A stretch of 34,395 nucleotides of DNA, taken from NCBI GenBank assembly GCA_943354975.1, contig CALRDS010000003.1, positions 1 through 34,395 of the forward strand. Reading direction: 5' to 3'. Below are positions 8,979 through 19,127 of the stretch, piece by piece. The notes under the pieces are model-generated. The model ran no database searches. It saw nothing but the letters and a program-made list of their open reading frames with translations, and was not told where the DNA came from. The first letter of the stretch is position 1. Each line of letters starts with the position of its first letter. The position numbers were made by a program, and so were the translations under genes. This DNA comes from Candidatus Nomurabacteria bacterium. GTDB lineage: Bacteria > Patescibacteriota > Minisyncoccia > Phycocordibacterales > UBA5272.

Positions 8979-10217
8979 ATGTCATTTTCGTTTGATATAG
9001 AAAAAAAATCTACTGAAGTTAATCTTGCTCGTGCAGGAGTTATTCATACACCACATGGAGATATACAAACCCCTGCATTTATTACTGTGGGGACTAAGGC
9101 AACTGTGAAGTCTTTAACACCTGAAGATGTCTCTAAATATGTAGGTTCACAGGCAGTTTTGGCAAACACGTATCATCTTTATCTTCAGCCAGGGGATGAA
9201 ATAGTTTCTAAGCATGGAGGATTCGCCAAAATGATGAATTGGCAAAAAGATAATAAACCGCTTCCAACTTTTACAGATAGTGGTGGTTTCCAAGTATTTT
9301 CACTAGGGCAAGCACTCGGTCATGGTGTTAGTAAAATAGCTACTAGTGAAGAAATTTCAAAACGTGAAACTATAGAAGAAACTAGTAACCATGAAAAGTT
9401 AGCACACATAGATGATGATGGAGTGACTTTTAATTCTGTGGTTGATGGGAGTAAACATAGATTCACTCCAGAAATTAGTATGCAAATACAACACAATCTC
9501 GGTGCTGATATATTTTTCGCATTTGATGAATGTACTTCGCCACTTGCCCCAAAAGATTATCAACGTAAAGCTATTTCACGTACGTATGAGTGGGCTAAGC
9601 GTTCATTAGCGGAGCACAAGAAGTTGGGTGTCTCAAAAGCAACAGGTGAGGTACAAGCATTATTTGGAATAGTACAAGGTGGAGCATATGAAGATTTACG
9701 AAAAGAATCAGCTCATCATATGGCAGAGTTAGATTTCGATGGATATGGAATAGGCGGAAGTTTTACAAAAGAAGATATGGGAAATGCAGTTAGGTGGGTA
9801 AATGAAATATTACCAGAGAATAAGCCGCGACACTTACTTGGAATAGGGGAACCGATTGATATTTTACTTGGGATAGAAAACGGAATAGATACTTTTGATT
9901 GTGTTTCACCTACTAGGATTGCACGCAACGGCGCTATCTATACATATGATGGTCGTATTAATCTTCATAATGCAAAATTTAGAGAAGATATGTCACCACT
10001 ATCGGACGATGCATCTTGGTACACACATAAGTATACAAAAAGTTATGTGGCACATTTATTTAAAGCAGATGAAATGTTAGCTTCCACTCTTGCATCGATT
10101 CATAATCTGAAATTTTTAACTACACTTTGTGAAGATGCACGTAAACATATTATTTCGGGAACATTTTTAAAATTCAAAGAAGATTTTATAAAAAGATATT
10201 ACAAAACAGGGGAGTAG
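8979..10217 (+). CDS. tgt: tRNA-guanine transglycosylase
   Basis: NTYHL, TDSGGFQVFSL, FGIVQGG and DTFDCV motifs. Confidence 0.97.
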   Translation: MSFSFDIEKKSTEVNLARAGVIHTPHGDIQTPAFITVGTKATVKSLTPEDVSKYVGSQAVLANTYHLYLQPGDEIVSKHGGFAKMMNWQKDNKPLPTFTDSGGFQVFSLGQALGHGVSKIATSEEISKRETIEETSNHEKLAHIDDDGVTFNSVVDGSKHRFTPEISMQIQHNLGADIFFAFDECTSPLAPKDYQRKAISRTYEWAKRSLAEHKKLGVSKATGEVQALFGIVQGGAYEDLRKESAHHMAELDFDGYGIGGSFTKEDMGNAVRWVNEILPENKPRHLLGIGEPIDILLGIENGIDTFDCVSPTRIARNGAIYTYDGRINLHNAKFREDMSPLSDDASWYTHKYTKSYVAHLFKADEMLASTLASIHNLKFLTTLCEDARKHIISGTFLKFKEDFIKRYYKTGE

Positions 10218-10231
10218 AATTTTTACTAGCC

Positions 10232-10267
10232 AAAATAAAAAACGGGGCTGCTTTCGCAGCCCACGTT
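10232..10267 (-). terminator. Intrinsic terminator of a minus-strand cassette
   Basis: A-run followed by GGGCTGC-tttc-GCAGCCC hairpin on the + strand. Confidence 0.8.
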
Positions 10268-10275
10268 GTATTTCA

Positions 10276-10671
10276 TCATTCTCCGGCCAATCTAGAACCG
10301 GTTTCGCCAATCTTGTACAAGATGATGGTTATAGTGACGATTGTCACGAGGACGATGGGGATCATCCAGAATCCGATCCAGCTGTACCCGAGGTCAATCA
10401 GGATGAGGTAGGCGATTATCCTCGCCCATTTTTTCGCCCAGTCGTAGAAATCTACGATAAAAGGGAAAAATGGGTCAGTATTGGGATTCAAAAATTCCAC
10501 CAACCACTCTTCATCTGAGACTTTTCTCACGATTGGCCAGAGCATCACGATTTGGGAGATGAACATCATGATGGTTGTCCATGACTTGTGGTCATGGATG
10601 AAAAGTATCGCCGCAGATGGCACTCCGATGAGTGAGACGAGTGCGAACGCAAAACTCATTTGCCAGTTCAT
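10276..10671 (-). CDS. Hypothetical multi-pass membrane protein
   Basis: 131 aa, about four hydrophobic segments, AAGGAG Shine-Dalgarno upstream. Confidence 0.75.
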   Translation of the reverse strand: MNWQMSFAFALVSLIGVPSAAILFIHDHKSWTTIMMFISQIVMLWPIVRKVSDEEWLVEFLNPNTDPFFPFIVDFYDWAKKWARIIAYLILIDLGYSWIGFWMIPIVLVTIVTITIILYKIGETGSRLAGE

Positions 10672-10706
10672 TTAGCTTCTCCTTGGGGGGTGATGTTTGA
10701 TGGTTT

Positions 10707-10907
10707 TTAACCCATCACCATCGCGCCGTTTTGTTGAATGAAGTTGCTGATTGGCCCGATGTACTCGTAGGCAAGAAACAGAAACGCCATAAGCAGCATT
10801 AATCCGATGCTGGCTTTCCAGAGTGATGACAGAAAGGTGCTTGCCAGTTGTTCGATTCCATCGTTGGATTCTGGTGATTCTGATTCGTAAGCTTTGTACG
10901 GGTCCAT
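10707..10907 (-). CDS. Small single-pass membrane protein
   Basis: 66 aa, GGAG Shine-Dalgarno, downstream of a sigma70-like promoter. Confidence 0.65.
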   Translation of the reverse strand: MDPYKAYESESPESNDGIEQLASTFLSSLWKASIGLMLLMAFLFLAYEYIGPISNFIQQNGAMVMG

Positions 10908-10958
10908 GTTTTTCTCCGTGGACGTGGGGGTTATATTTTCAAGGACTACTTAATTTTT

Positions 10959-10987
10959 ATACTACAATTATAATTATATTTTGTCAA
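10959..10987 (-). promoter_or_regulatory. Sigma70-like promoter
   Basis: TTGACA-17 nt-TAGTAT on the minus strand. Confidence 0.7.
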
Positions 10988-10999
10988 AGCGTTTGATAA

Positions 11000-11075
11000 C
11001 AGGGTAGTAGAAGTTGGTATTATTTCGATAATAATCGAAACGCACAAAGTGCAATACCAACTTTCACTAACCCTG
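11000..11075. repeat. Palindromic dispersed element, family B, copy 1
   Basis: CAGGGT...ACCCTG terminal inverted repeats and two inner hairpins; reverse complement matches 24774-24848. Confidence 0.85.
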
Positions 11076-11076
11076 C

Positions 11077-11111
11077 AAATAAAAAAGCTCGGATGTTTCC
11101 ATCACGAGCGT
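11077..11111 (-). terminator. Intrinsic terminator
   Basis: AAAAAA GCTCG..GATG/CATC..CGAGC hairpin next to the stop codon of 11112-11522. Confidence 0.75.
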
Positions 11112-11522
11112 TCACCGATTTCTTTTGAGTGGTGGTTTTCGGTAACCACTTTTTTCTGCACCTAGTGCCTCTTCGTAATCGCGCAACCATTCTTCATTGC
11201 TTTGCAGACGAGGATCCTTTTCTGAATACTGTGGTGGAGTAGGCGGTTTATATACAGCTTTACTGCCATCGGTTTGTTTCCAGTAATCAGAACGATAACG
11301 TGCTTTTTTCACCTTCCAATTCCAATCCGTGCCTTCCCATTCTTCATCCGTGAGTTCGGTCCTGTCGAACATGTCGTTGAAGAATCTGGGGCTGTCGAAA
11401 TTCACACCGCTGAGATATTCTTCAACCCCACAATTGGCCTCGTCAGGTTCCTCGTAGGATTGTTCCTTGTCCCATTTGGTGGCGAGCTGGAGCTCCTCAT
11501 TTATCCACGAGTAGTCCATCAT
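11112..11522 (-). CDS. Hypothetical acidic, Trp-rich protein
   Basis: 136-aa ORF, start overlaps the upstream stop codon, followed by a terminator. Confidence 0.65.
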   Translation of the reverse strand: MMDYSWINEELQLATKWDKEQSYEEPDEANCGVEEYLSGVNFDSPRFFNDMFDRTELTDEEWEGTDWNWKVKKARYRSDYWKQTDGSKAVYKPPTPPQYSEKDPRLQSNEEWLRDYEEALGAEKSGYRKPPLKRNR

Positions 11523-11701
11523 GCTTTTCCGCGCATTCTCGGAACATCGATGATGTGCGAATCTTTTGCACCCACTTTGCTGAAGTCACTCCTGTCAGGA
11601 GCAGGAAGTCCTTTGCATACCGTGTCCTTCGAATCCCCAGGCTGGGGATTTGCAGGTTGGAGTCTGCATGTTTTCTTGCAAGCGCAGGGATTGTTTTTCA
11701 A
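11519..11701 (-). CDS. Small Cys-containing protein
   Basis: 60 aa, TTG start with AAGGAG SD, CxCxxxC...C pattern. Confidence 0.55.
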   Translation of the reverse strand: MKNNPCACKKTCRLQPANPQPGDSKDTVCKGLPAPDRSDFSKVGAKDSHIIDVPRMRGKA

Positions 11702-11730
11702 GGGCCTTCTCCTTTTTTGTGAACAGTTTT

Positions 11731-11759
11731 ATGCTATAATTGTGAGTCAACTATGTCAA
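11731..11759 (-). promoter_or_regulatory. Sigma70-like promoter overlapping the uvrB start (divergent pair)
   Basis: TTGACA-17 nt-TAGCAT on minus; TGCTATAAT at 11732-11740 on plus. Confidence 0.6.
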
Positions 11760-13825
11760 GCGAGTCTAATACAGAAAGAAAGCGAAAAAGAAATGAAGGG
11801 ACCTTTAATCTGAAGGGGTTTGTTCCGGCTGGTGATCAACCAAAAGCCATCAAGGAACTCGTAGAAGGGTTATCAAAACGCATGAAAAGACAAACACTTC
11901 TTGGTGCAACAGGTACTGGGAAAACTTTTACTATTGCAAATGTAATACAGCAAATTCAAAAACCAACACTTGTTATTGCTCACAATAAAACTCTCGCCGC
12001 CCAACTCGCACAAGAATTTCGTACATTTTTCCCAGATTCCGCCGTCCACTACTTCGTTTCTTATTATGATTATTATCAACCAGAAGCGTACATGCCCGTG
12101 ACTGATACATATATTGAAAAAGACGCACAGATAAATGAAGAGATAGATAGATTGCGTCACGCTTCTACTCAAGCATTACTCACAAGGAAAGATACAATAA
12201 TAGTTGCATCAGTATCATGTATTTATGGTCTTGGTTCACCGGTTGACTATGAAAGAGAAAATATTAGATTATCAGTGGGGGATTCTGCTACAAAGGTGGG
12301 GCTTATGCAAAAATTTGTAGGTATTTATTATGAACGCACAAATGCTGATCTTTCACCTGGTACATTTCGTGCACTTGGAAACAGAATAGATATCATGCCT
12401 ATTTCAGAAACTGTAATGCTTCAGATAGAAATCGCGGGAGGGAAAATTTCTCACATGCATACAGTGGATCCAGTTTCTATGAAATTAATAGAAGTAGTTC
12501 AAGATTACTTTATTTTTCCAGCGAAGCACTTTATATCAGACATCCCAACACGTGAGCGCGCTGTACAGACTATAGAAAAAGAATTAAAAGAACAACTCGC
12601 ATATTTTGATAAAGAGGGGAAAATTCTCGAAGCGGAAAGATTAAAACGTCGTACGCGTTATGATGTGGCGATGATAAAAGAAGTTGGATTTTGCCAAGGT
12701 ATTGAAAACTATTCACGACATTTATCAGGAAAAGACCCAGGGGTTGCACCAGACACATTGCTTGAATATTTTCCGCACGATGAAAAAGGAAATCCACTAT
12801 TTTTAACAGTTATAGATGAGTCACATGTGACACTTCCGCAATTACACGGCATGTACGCGGGTGATCAATCACGAAAGAACACTCTCGTTGAGTATGGATT
12901 TCGACTTCCTTCTGCAAAAGATAATAGACCTCTGCAATATGAAGAATTTGAAGGACGTGTCGGGGATGTGATTTATGTAAGTGCGACACCAGGGAATTAT
13001 GAACGCGAAATATCTTCTCAAGTGGTAGAACAAATTATTCGCCCAACAGGATTACTCGACCCAGTACTTGATGTTAGAAAAGTAGAAGAAATAGGAAAAT
13101 ACCCAGGGCAAGTTCATGATTTTATAACAGAAGCGGTGAAGGATATAAAATCAAGTGGAAGAGTTTTAGCTACAACGCTCACTAAAAAGATGGCAGAGAA
13201 TTTGTCAGAGTATTTGAAAGAACAAGGTGTGAAGGCAGAATATTTACATAGTGATATAAAAACAATGGAACGTATTTCAATACTTACAAGTTTCCGTAGA
13301 GGAGAATTCGATTGTTTAGTTGGAGTGAATTTACTTCGTGAGGGATTAGACTTGCCTGAGGTAACTCTCATTGGAATACTTGATGCTGACAAAGAAGGCT
13401 TCTTGCGTAGTGAGACATCACTCATTCAAACAATAGGTCGCGCAGCGCGCAACGTAAATGGTAGAGTTATTTTGTATGCTGATCGCATGACTGGTTCGCT
13501 CGAACGCGCAATAGGGGAAACAAATCGTCGCAGAAAAATACAAGAAGATTATAATATTAAACATAAAATCACTCCGACTACGATAAAGAAAAATATAAAA
13601 GATATTACGGAAGAGTTACAAAGTACTCATGAAAAAGCTGTGAATGAAGAGCTTCGTGTGGATCAAAAGCTTTTTGCGAAAAATCCAAACAAGTTAATTA
13701 CACTTAAAGAAAAGCAAATGAAGGAAGCTGTAAAAATATTAGACTTTGAAACTGCAGCAATTCTTCGTGATGAGGTAGTTTTCCTAAAAGAAAAATTGTT
13801 AAAGGAAAGTACAAAAATAAAGTAG
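11753..13825 (+). CDS. uvrB: Excinuclease ABC subunit B
   Basis: GATGTGKT, YYDYYQPEAY, DESH, LLREGLD motifs and C-terminal UVR domain. Confidence 0.98.
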   Translation: MSSESNTERKRKRNEGTFNLKGFVPAGDQPKAIKELVEGLSKRMKRQTLLGATGTGKTFTIANVIQQIQKPTLVIAHNKTLAAQLAQEFRTFFPDSAVHYFVSYYDYYQPEAYMPVTDTYIEKDAQINEEIDRLRHASTQALLTRKDTIIVASVSCIYGLGSPVDYERENIRLSVGDSATKVGLMQKFVGIYYERTNADLSPGTFRALGNRIDIMPISETVMLQIEIAGGKISHMHTVDPVSMKLIEVVQDYFIFPAKHFISDIPTRERAVQTIEKELKEQLAYFDKEGKILEAERLKRRTRYDVAMIKEVGFCQGIENYSRHLSGKDPGVAPDTLLEYFPHDEKGNPLFLTVIDESHVTLPQLHGMYAGDQSRKNTLVEYGFRLPSAKDNRPLQYEEFEGRVGDVIYVSATPGNYEREISSQVVEQIIRPTGLLDPVLDVRKVEEIGKYPGQVHDFITEAVKDIKSSGRVLATTLTKKMAENLSEYLKEQGVKAEYLHSDIKTMERISILTSFRRGEFDCLVGVNLLREGLDLPEVTLIGILDADKEGFLRSETSLIQTIGRAARNVNGRVILYADRMTGSLERAIGETNRRRKIQEDYNIKHKITPTTIKKNIKDITEELQSTHEKAVNEELRVDQKLFAKNPNKLITLKEKQMKEAVKILDFETAAILRDEVVFLKEKLLKESTKIK

Positions 13826-13830
13826 TAGAA

Positions 13831-13953
13831 ATAAAAAACCGCAGTAGCTTGAGTATTAAAGACTACGCGGTAGGGGCCGCCCCGGACATCCAACCCTCAA
13901 GTCACTAGGGAAGAGCGCAACCTTTCGGGTACTAATCGGGGCCGGGGCGGATA
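13831..13953 (-). ncRNA. Candidate small structured RNA, family unknown
   Basis: Promoter 13960-13988, 9-bp closing stem 13877-13885/13942-13950, terminator 13831-13871, no credible ORF. Confidence 0.55.
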
Positions 13954-13959
13954 ATTACC

Positions 13960-13988
13960 AGTATAGCAGACCAAATTATATATGTCAA
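13960..13988 (-). promoter_or_regulatory. Near-consensus sigma70 promoter
   Basis: TTGACA-17 nt-(TGC)TATACT. Confidence 0.8.
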
Positions 13989-14030
13989 GTATTTTGCAAG
14001 CTGATTTTTAGAAGTGTATACTGGTCCCAT

Positions 14031-14564
14031 ATGAAAACATATACATACATTTTGATAGTAGTCGCGGTATTGGCAGTAGTGGTTTTAGGAGGATATGCAT
14101 TTAGAAAAAATAGTAATACAGTTGTTTTGAAAGAAGAGAAAAAAGAATTCGTTAATATGAAAACATTTGAGGGACAAGTAACTAGAATATTTGAAGGAGA
14201 AAATAAAATCGTTTATAGTTTCGATATATCAGAAAATGGAACTACATCAATCAGTATGGACGGAGCTCTTATCAAAGTTACAGATCCAGCAGGTCTCTAC
14301 GCTAGTCTTTATATGAGTTATGAAGGTGGAAGGGGGCTAACTCCTGCTCAGTACATTAATCAAGTTATATCTCCACATGTCGCTGTGATAAGTATGAAAG
14401 GTACTTCAACTATAGGATTATTTGATTGGCAAATAGCGGAATCTCCAGCTAGTGAATGGCATGTAACATCTGTACTAAATGGTCAGTGGTTGATAATTGT
14501 AGAGAATAAAAAGTCTTTGCATGATGACGTTCAGGAAACTCTTAAAAGTCTAAGGGCGAACTAA
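14031..14564 (+). CDS. Hypothetical secreted or membrane-anchored protein
   Basis: 177 aa with N-terminal hydrophobic helix; TTGCAA-17-TATACT promoter upstream. Confidence 0.75.
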   Translation: MKTYTYILIVVAVLAVVVLGGYAFRKNSNTVVLKEEKKEFVNMKTFEGQVTRIFEGENKIVYSFDISENGTTSISMDGALIKVTDPAGLYASLYMSYEGGRGLTPAQYINQVISPHVAVISMKGTSTIGLFDWQIAESPASEWHVTSVLNGQWLIIVENKKSLHDDVQETLKSLRAN

Positions 14565-14577
14565 AATAGCGTTATAG

Positions 14578-14606
14578 AAAAAGCGACGCCGTAGGCGTCG
14601 CTTTTT
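14578..14606. terminator. Bidirectional intrinsic terminator
   Basis: AAAAAGCGACGCC-gta-GGCGTCGCTTTTT. Confidence 0.9.
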
Positions 14607-14659
14607 GGTCCAATTTATGTTATAATCCCCTAGTTAAACCAATCTTTTATAATTTTATT

Positions 14660-17284
14660 ATGTCTCCAAAGAAATCAGAGCGTGCCAACAGTCACTTAGA
14701 TACTATTATCGTAAAAGGCGCACGTACTCACAATTTAAAAAATATTACCGTAGAGATGCCGAGACACAAGATGATTGTGTTTACCGGCCTTTCTGGTTCA
14801 GGAAAGTCATCACTTGCGTTTGATACTATTTTCGCCGAAGGACAACGCAGATATGTGGAGTCTCTTTCTGCATACGCACGACAGTTTTTAAACCAAATGC
14901 AAAAGCCAGATGTAGATGAAATAGTCGGACTTTCTCCTGCGATTTCTATTGATCAAAAATCTGCTGGACGTAACCCTCGCTCAACGGTCGCGACGATTAC
15001 AGAAATATATGATTATCTGCGTGTTTTATATGCGCGTGTTGGAAAGCCATATTGTATAGAGTGTGGGTCTAAGATTCAAAAACTTTCAAACGAAGAGATT
15101 ATTCATTTCATAATGGATAAAGTTAAGTCCGTTGATTATAAGAAAATAAAAAAGGATGTCATGGGCGTAGAGTTTTCTCATGCAGAATTACACATTATGT
15201 CTCCACTTGTGCGCGGTAGAAAAGGGGAACACTATCAAATGCTCTATGACATGCTTGGCAAAGGTTATACAGAAGCAGTGATTGATGGTGAACGTAAAAG
15301 TCTTCGCCAACAAATCGTTTTGACCAAAACTAAAAAACACGAAATATCTATTGTCGTTGACTCTATCGCGCTTGATGATTTTAAAAATAAACAAACAGAA
15401 AAGGACGTTCGTATACGACTTGCTGAAGCAATAGAAAGAGCACTACACGAATCAAATGGTTTACTTGAAGTGGAAATATTAGGGGAGAAAACTATTATGA
15501 GTAATAAGTTTTCTTGTGCGAACTGTGGATTTTCATTTCCAGAGATAGAACCTAGATTGTTTTCTTTCAACTCACCATATGGAGCATGTCAGACATGTAA
15601 TGGTCTAGGTACGAAATATTTTGGTGGATTGGATGCTTGCGAAGTATGTGAGGGAAAGCGTCTGCGGCCTGAAGCGTTACATGTATATCTGGACGATAAA
15701 GAAAAAATAAACATAGTAGATATAACTGCGCTTTCTATAAAAGATGCCGAGGCTTATTTCGCGCGGTTACCACTTAGTAAAAAAGATCAAGAAATCGCAT
15801 CTGTTGTTATAAAAGAAATACAATCACGATTAATATTTATGTTAGATGTGGGATTGGATTATTTAGCGCTTAATAGAAAAGCAGACACACTCTCCGGAGG
15901 TGAGGCTCAGCGTATACGACTAGCATCACAACTTGGTTCGAAGTTAGTTGGTGCGTTATATGTGCTTGATGAACCAACTATTGGTCTTCATCAGCGTGAT
16001 AATGACAGACTTATAAAAACACTTTTACATTTACGTGACATTGGAAACACTATTATAATCGTTGAACATGATGAAGATACTATTTATGCCTCCGACTATA
16101 TAGTAGACATCGGTCCTTTAGCTGGAGTACACGGTGGGGAAGTTGTTGTCTCTGGATACTTAGAAGAATTATTAACTGCTCCGAGAAATAAATCCGGTTC
16201 AGTGACGCTGTCATACCTACGTGGTGAAAAAGAAATCGCAATTCCTGTGAGACGTCAGCAGGATAAGGGAACGATCAGGGTAACAGGCGGAAATATTTAC
16301 AATATTAAAGATATGAATGTTTCTTTACCGCTTGGAAAGATGACAGCTATCACTGGAGTTTCAGGTTCAGGTAAAAGTTCTTTTATGTATGAAATACTTT
16401 ATCGTAACTTACTCGCTAGACTAGAAAGGAAACACAGAAGCGCGCAGGTTCACAACGTGGCTACATTTACTGGAACAGAATATGTTTCGCGTGTTGTACT
16501 TATTGATCAGTCTGCCATCGGACGTACTCCACGAAGTAATCCTGCAACATACACTGGTGCGTGGACTCATATCAGAGATTTATTTGCAGAAACTGAAGAG
16601 GCAAGAATTCGCGGGTGGAAGCCATCACGTTTTTCTTTTAACGTTAAAGGAGGTAGATGTGAAGCATGTCAGGGGAATGGTGAGATAGCAGTGGAGATGC
16701 ACTTTTTGCCAACTGTGTATGTACAGTGTGATGTATGTTTGGGTAAAAGATTTATGAAGGAGACGTTAGAAGTGAAATGGAAAGGAAAAAGTATTTATGA
16801 TGTACTTCACATGACAGTAGAAGAAGCACTAACTTTTTTTTATGATATTCCAGCCGTGTATGACAGAGTGAAAACATTAGCAGATGTCGGCCTTACATAT
16901 TTAGAGCTTGGACAATCAGCGACGACACTATCTGGCGGGGAGGCTCAACGTGTAAAAATTTCTTCAGAACTCTATCGTCCACATGTAGAAAAAACTATTT
17001 ATCTATTAGATGAACCATCCATTGGACTTCACTATGAAGATATCGTGAAACTAATCGAAATATTAAATAAATTGGTTGATAAAGGAAATACTATAGTACT
17101 TATTGAACACAATCTTGATATTGTAAAATCTGCAGATTATATTATAGATATTGGGCCAGATGGTGGAGTCGGAGGTGGTAAAGTTATTGCAACGGGTTCG
17201 CCTGAACAAGTGGCGTCAAATATAAAATCGTATACAGGGCAGTATCTCAAGAAGGTTTTAAAAAGAAGTAAAGATAGAAAATAA
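14660..17284 (+). CDS. uvrA: Excinuclease ABC subunit A
   Basis: Two Walker A motifs ([16 protein letters not shown]), two LSGGEAQR signatures, CxxC zinc modules. Confidence 0.98.
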   Translation: MSPKKSERANSHLDTIIVKGARTHNLKNITVEMPRHKMIVFTGLSGSGKSSLAFDTIFAEGQRRYVESLSAYARQFLNQMQKPDVDEIVGLSPAISIDQKSAGRNPRSTVATITEIYDYLRVLYARVGKPYCIECGSKIQKLSNEEIIHFIMDKVKSVDYKKIKKDVMGVEFSHAELHIMSPLVRGRKGEHYQMLYDMLGKGYTEAVIDGERKSLRQQIVLTKTKKHEISIVVDSIALDDFKNKQTEKDVRIRLAEAIERALHESNGLLEVEILGEKTIMSNKFSCANCGFSFPEIEPRLFSFNSPYGACQTCNGLGTKYFGGLDACEVCEGKRLRPEALHVYLDDKEKINIVDITALSIKDAEAYFARLPLSKKDQEIASVVIKEIQSRLIFMLDVGLDYLALNRKADTLSGGEAQRIRLASQLGSKLVGALYVLDEPTIGLHQRDNDRLIKTLLHLRDIGNTIIIVEHDEDTIYASDYIVDIGPLAGVHGGEVVVSGYLEELLTAPRNKSGSVTLSYLRGEKEIAIPVRRQQDKGTIRVTGGNIYNIKDMNVSLPLGKMTAITGVSGSGKSSFMYEILYRNLLARLERKHRSAQVHNVATFTGTEYVSRVVLIDQSAIGRTPRSNPATYTGAWTHIRDLFAETEEARIRGWKPSRFSFNVKGGRCEACQGNGEIAVEMHFLPTVYVQCDVCLGKRFMKETLEVKWKGKSIYDVLHMTVEEALTFFYDIPAVYDRVKTLADVGLTYLELGQSATTLSGGEAQRVKISSELYRPHVEKTIYLLDEPSIGLHYEDIVKLIEILNKLVDKGNTIVLIEHNLDIVKSADYIIDIGPDGGVGGGKVIATGSPEQVASNIKSYTGQYLKKVLKRSKDRK

Positions 17285-17310
17285 TTTTAATTTCCAATTT
17301 TCGAAAATAC

Positions 17311-17341
17311 AAATAAAAAAGCGGGCGCCGAAGCGTCCGCT
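17311..17341 (-). terminator. Intrinsic terminator
   Basis: A-run plus GCGGGCGC..GCGTCCGC hairpin. Confidence 0.75.
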
Positions 17342-17375
17342 GTGTCGCGCACTCCTTATGCACATGATAGTTGTT

Positions 17376-17798
17376 TCAGCGTCTCCGTACGGTTGCGCGA
17401 TTGCGCGCGCCCCGCTGGGACACTTCTTCTTTTGCCATGTCCGCTGCGATTAGCTTAGCGCATGCGTTACGGAACACGGTTTTATTGAACATCAGAGTCG
17501 TTTTTATTTCACGACCCTTTGGCCCTTCCTTATGCTCGATCGATATGACCGAGCTGTTCACAGATAGCAATCTCTCGAACTCGCTTATAGGGTAACGTAC
17601 TGTCCCATCGCAAGTATCGTAGCAGAATACTCCTTTTGCATCTCCAGAACACAGAATGAACACATCCTTTTCGAATTTCATTAGGACTTGTCCATTACCA
17701 GCGTGCCTATCGACGAGTTCAGTCGTCGATAGGACTTTTCCACCCCTAAGCTTGTCTAGGACTTGGGGTAGTAGGCTTTTCGCCATTTTTTTTAACAA
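17376..17798 (-). CDS. Hypothetical protein (start probably TTG 17798 or ATG 17786)
   Basis: GGGAG SD 7 nt before the TTG; own terminator; TTGCTT-17-TACTAT promoter overlapping the uvrC start. Confidence 0.65.
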   Translation of the reverse strand: MLKKMAKSLLPQVLDKLRGGKVLSTTELVDRHAGNGQVLMKFEKDVFILCSGDAKGVFCYDTCDGTVRYPISEFERLLSVNSSVISIEHKEGPKGREIKTTLMFNKTVFRNACAKLIAADMAKEEVSQRGARNRATVRRR

Positions 17799-17898
17799 AG
17801 TATTTCTCCCACTTCTGTAGATTGTTAACCTAACTAAGAGAGGTGCGCGCGCCCGCCCGCACATGCATAAGTTAGTCTTTTATAGTACAATACAAATC

Positions 17899-19113
17899 AT
17901 GAAAAAGCAAGTGCTACCCACACTCAAACTCCCTGATAATCCGGGGGTATATTTTTTTCGTGGTAAGGAGGGTAAGATTTTATATATAGGAAAAGCTACA
18001 TCATTACGTGATAGAGTGCGAAGCTACTTTAATCCGGACCTGATGAAAGTTCGTGGTCTACGTCTAGTTACTATGGTTACTATTTCAGATACTGTTACGT
18101 ATCAAGAAACAGGCAGTGTACTAGAGGCATTATTACTTGAAAGTAAGTTAATAAAAGAAAATGACCCTATATATAATGCAAAAGAAAAAGATGATAAAAG
18201 TTTTACTTGTGTGGTTATCACTAAAGAAAAGTTCCCAAGAGTTTTAACTATGCGAATAAGAGATTTTGAAAAGAGATTCGAGAAGAACCAAGTCTCTGTG
18301 GTGTATGGTCCATTTGCATCATTATCACAATTACGTGACGCGATGAAAATAATTCGTAAGATGTTTCCATATAGAGATATTTGTGAACTAAATCAATCTA
18401 GACCGTGCTTTAATGCACAATTGAAACTTTGTCCAGGGGTATGTGTGGGGGCGATAACGGAGGCTGATTATAAAAGACACATTTCACATATTAGGAAACT
18501 GTTTGACGGCAAAAAGACAGAAATAAAAAAATCTCTGGAAAAGGAAATGAAAGAATATGCTAAAAAGTCTATGTTTGAAAAGGCTGGATTGGTTCGCAAC
18601 ACTATTTTTGCACTTGATCATATAAAAGACATAAGTTTAATTAAAGAAGATGAAGTATTGTCTTTTAAAAATAACGATTTTAGAATCGAAGCATATGACG
18701 TGGCGCATATATCTGGCACATCAAGAGTTGGTGTTATGACAGTGATGATTGGAAAAGAAAAAGAAACAAATGAATACAGAAAATTTAAATTGCCAGAGAA
18801 AATAAATGATGATTATGAAGGACTACGAGAAATTTTATTGCGAAGACTTGCGCATAAAGAATGGAGATACCCAGATCTTATAGTTATAGACGGTGGAACA
18901 GGTCATAAACAAACAGCTGAAAAAATTCTCGCAGGTCTCGGACTTAGTATTCCATGTGTTTCTGTAGTAAAAGATGAACGTCATAAACCAAAAAATATTC
19001 TAGGAAATAAAGTACATGTGGATTACCATAAAAGAGAGATACTTCTTGTTAATTCTGAAGCACATAGATTTGCAATTGGTTACCACAAAACCTTACGAAA
19101 TAAGGTCTCATAA
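17899..19113 (+). CDS. uvrC: Excinuclease ABC subunit C, short form (GIY-YIG, UVR and RNase H-like domains; no HhH domain)
   Basis: PGVY..ILYIGKA..LRDRVRSYF, IEAYDVAHISG, LIVIDGG and EAHRFAI motifs; start moved to 17899. Confidence 0.92.
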   Translation: MKKQVLPTLKLPDNPGVYFFRGKEGKILYIGKATSLRDRVRSYFNPDLMKVRGLRLVTMVTISDTVTYQETGSVLEALLLESKLIKENDPIYNAKEKDDKSFTCVVITKEKFPRVLTMRIRDFEKRFEKNQVSVVYGPFASLSQLRDAMKIIRKMFPYRDICELNQSRPCFNAQLKLCPGVCVGAITEADYKRHISHIRKLFDGKKTEIKKSLEKEMKEYAKKSMFEKAGLVRNTIFALDHIKDISLIKEDEVLSFKNNDFRIEAYDVAHISGTSRVGVMTVMIGKEKETNEYRKFKLPEKINDDYEGLREILLRRLAHKEWRYPDLIVIDGGTGHKQTAEKILAGLGLSIPCVSVVKDERHKPKNILGNKVHVDYHKREILLVNSEAHRFAIGYHKTLRNKVS

Positions 19114-19127
19114 TCGCATGCAAAATC

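Noticed and set aside
10935-10950. boxA-like GTCCTTGAAAA in a cassette leader
   Set aside because: Only a loose match and not consistently present in the other cassette leaders.
11000-11075. Family B element as an integron attC site
   Set aside because: No consistent RYYYAAC/GTTRRRY ends, the two copies are in opposite orientation relative to the cassettes, and no integrase is in the window.
13877-13950. tRNA-sized domain with an acceptor-like stem
   Set aside because: No TTCGA T-loop, D-arm, anticodon arm or CCA on either strand; the SRP RNA core (CAGG..GGAA..AGCA) is also not matched.
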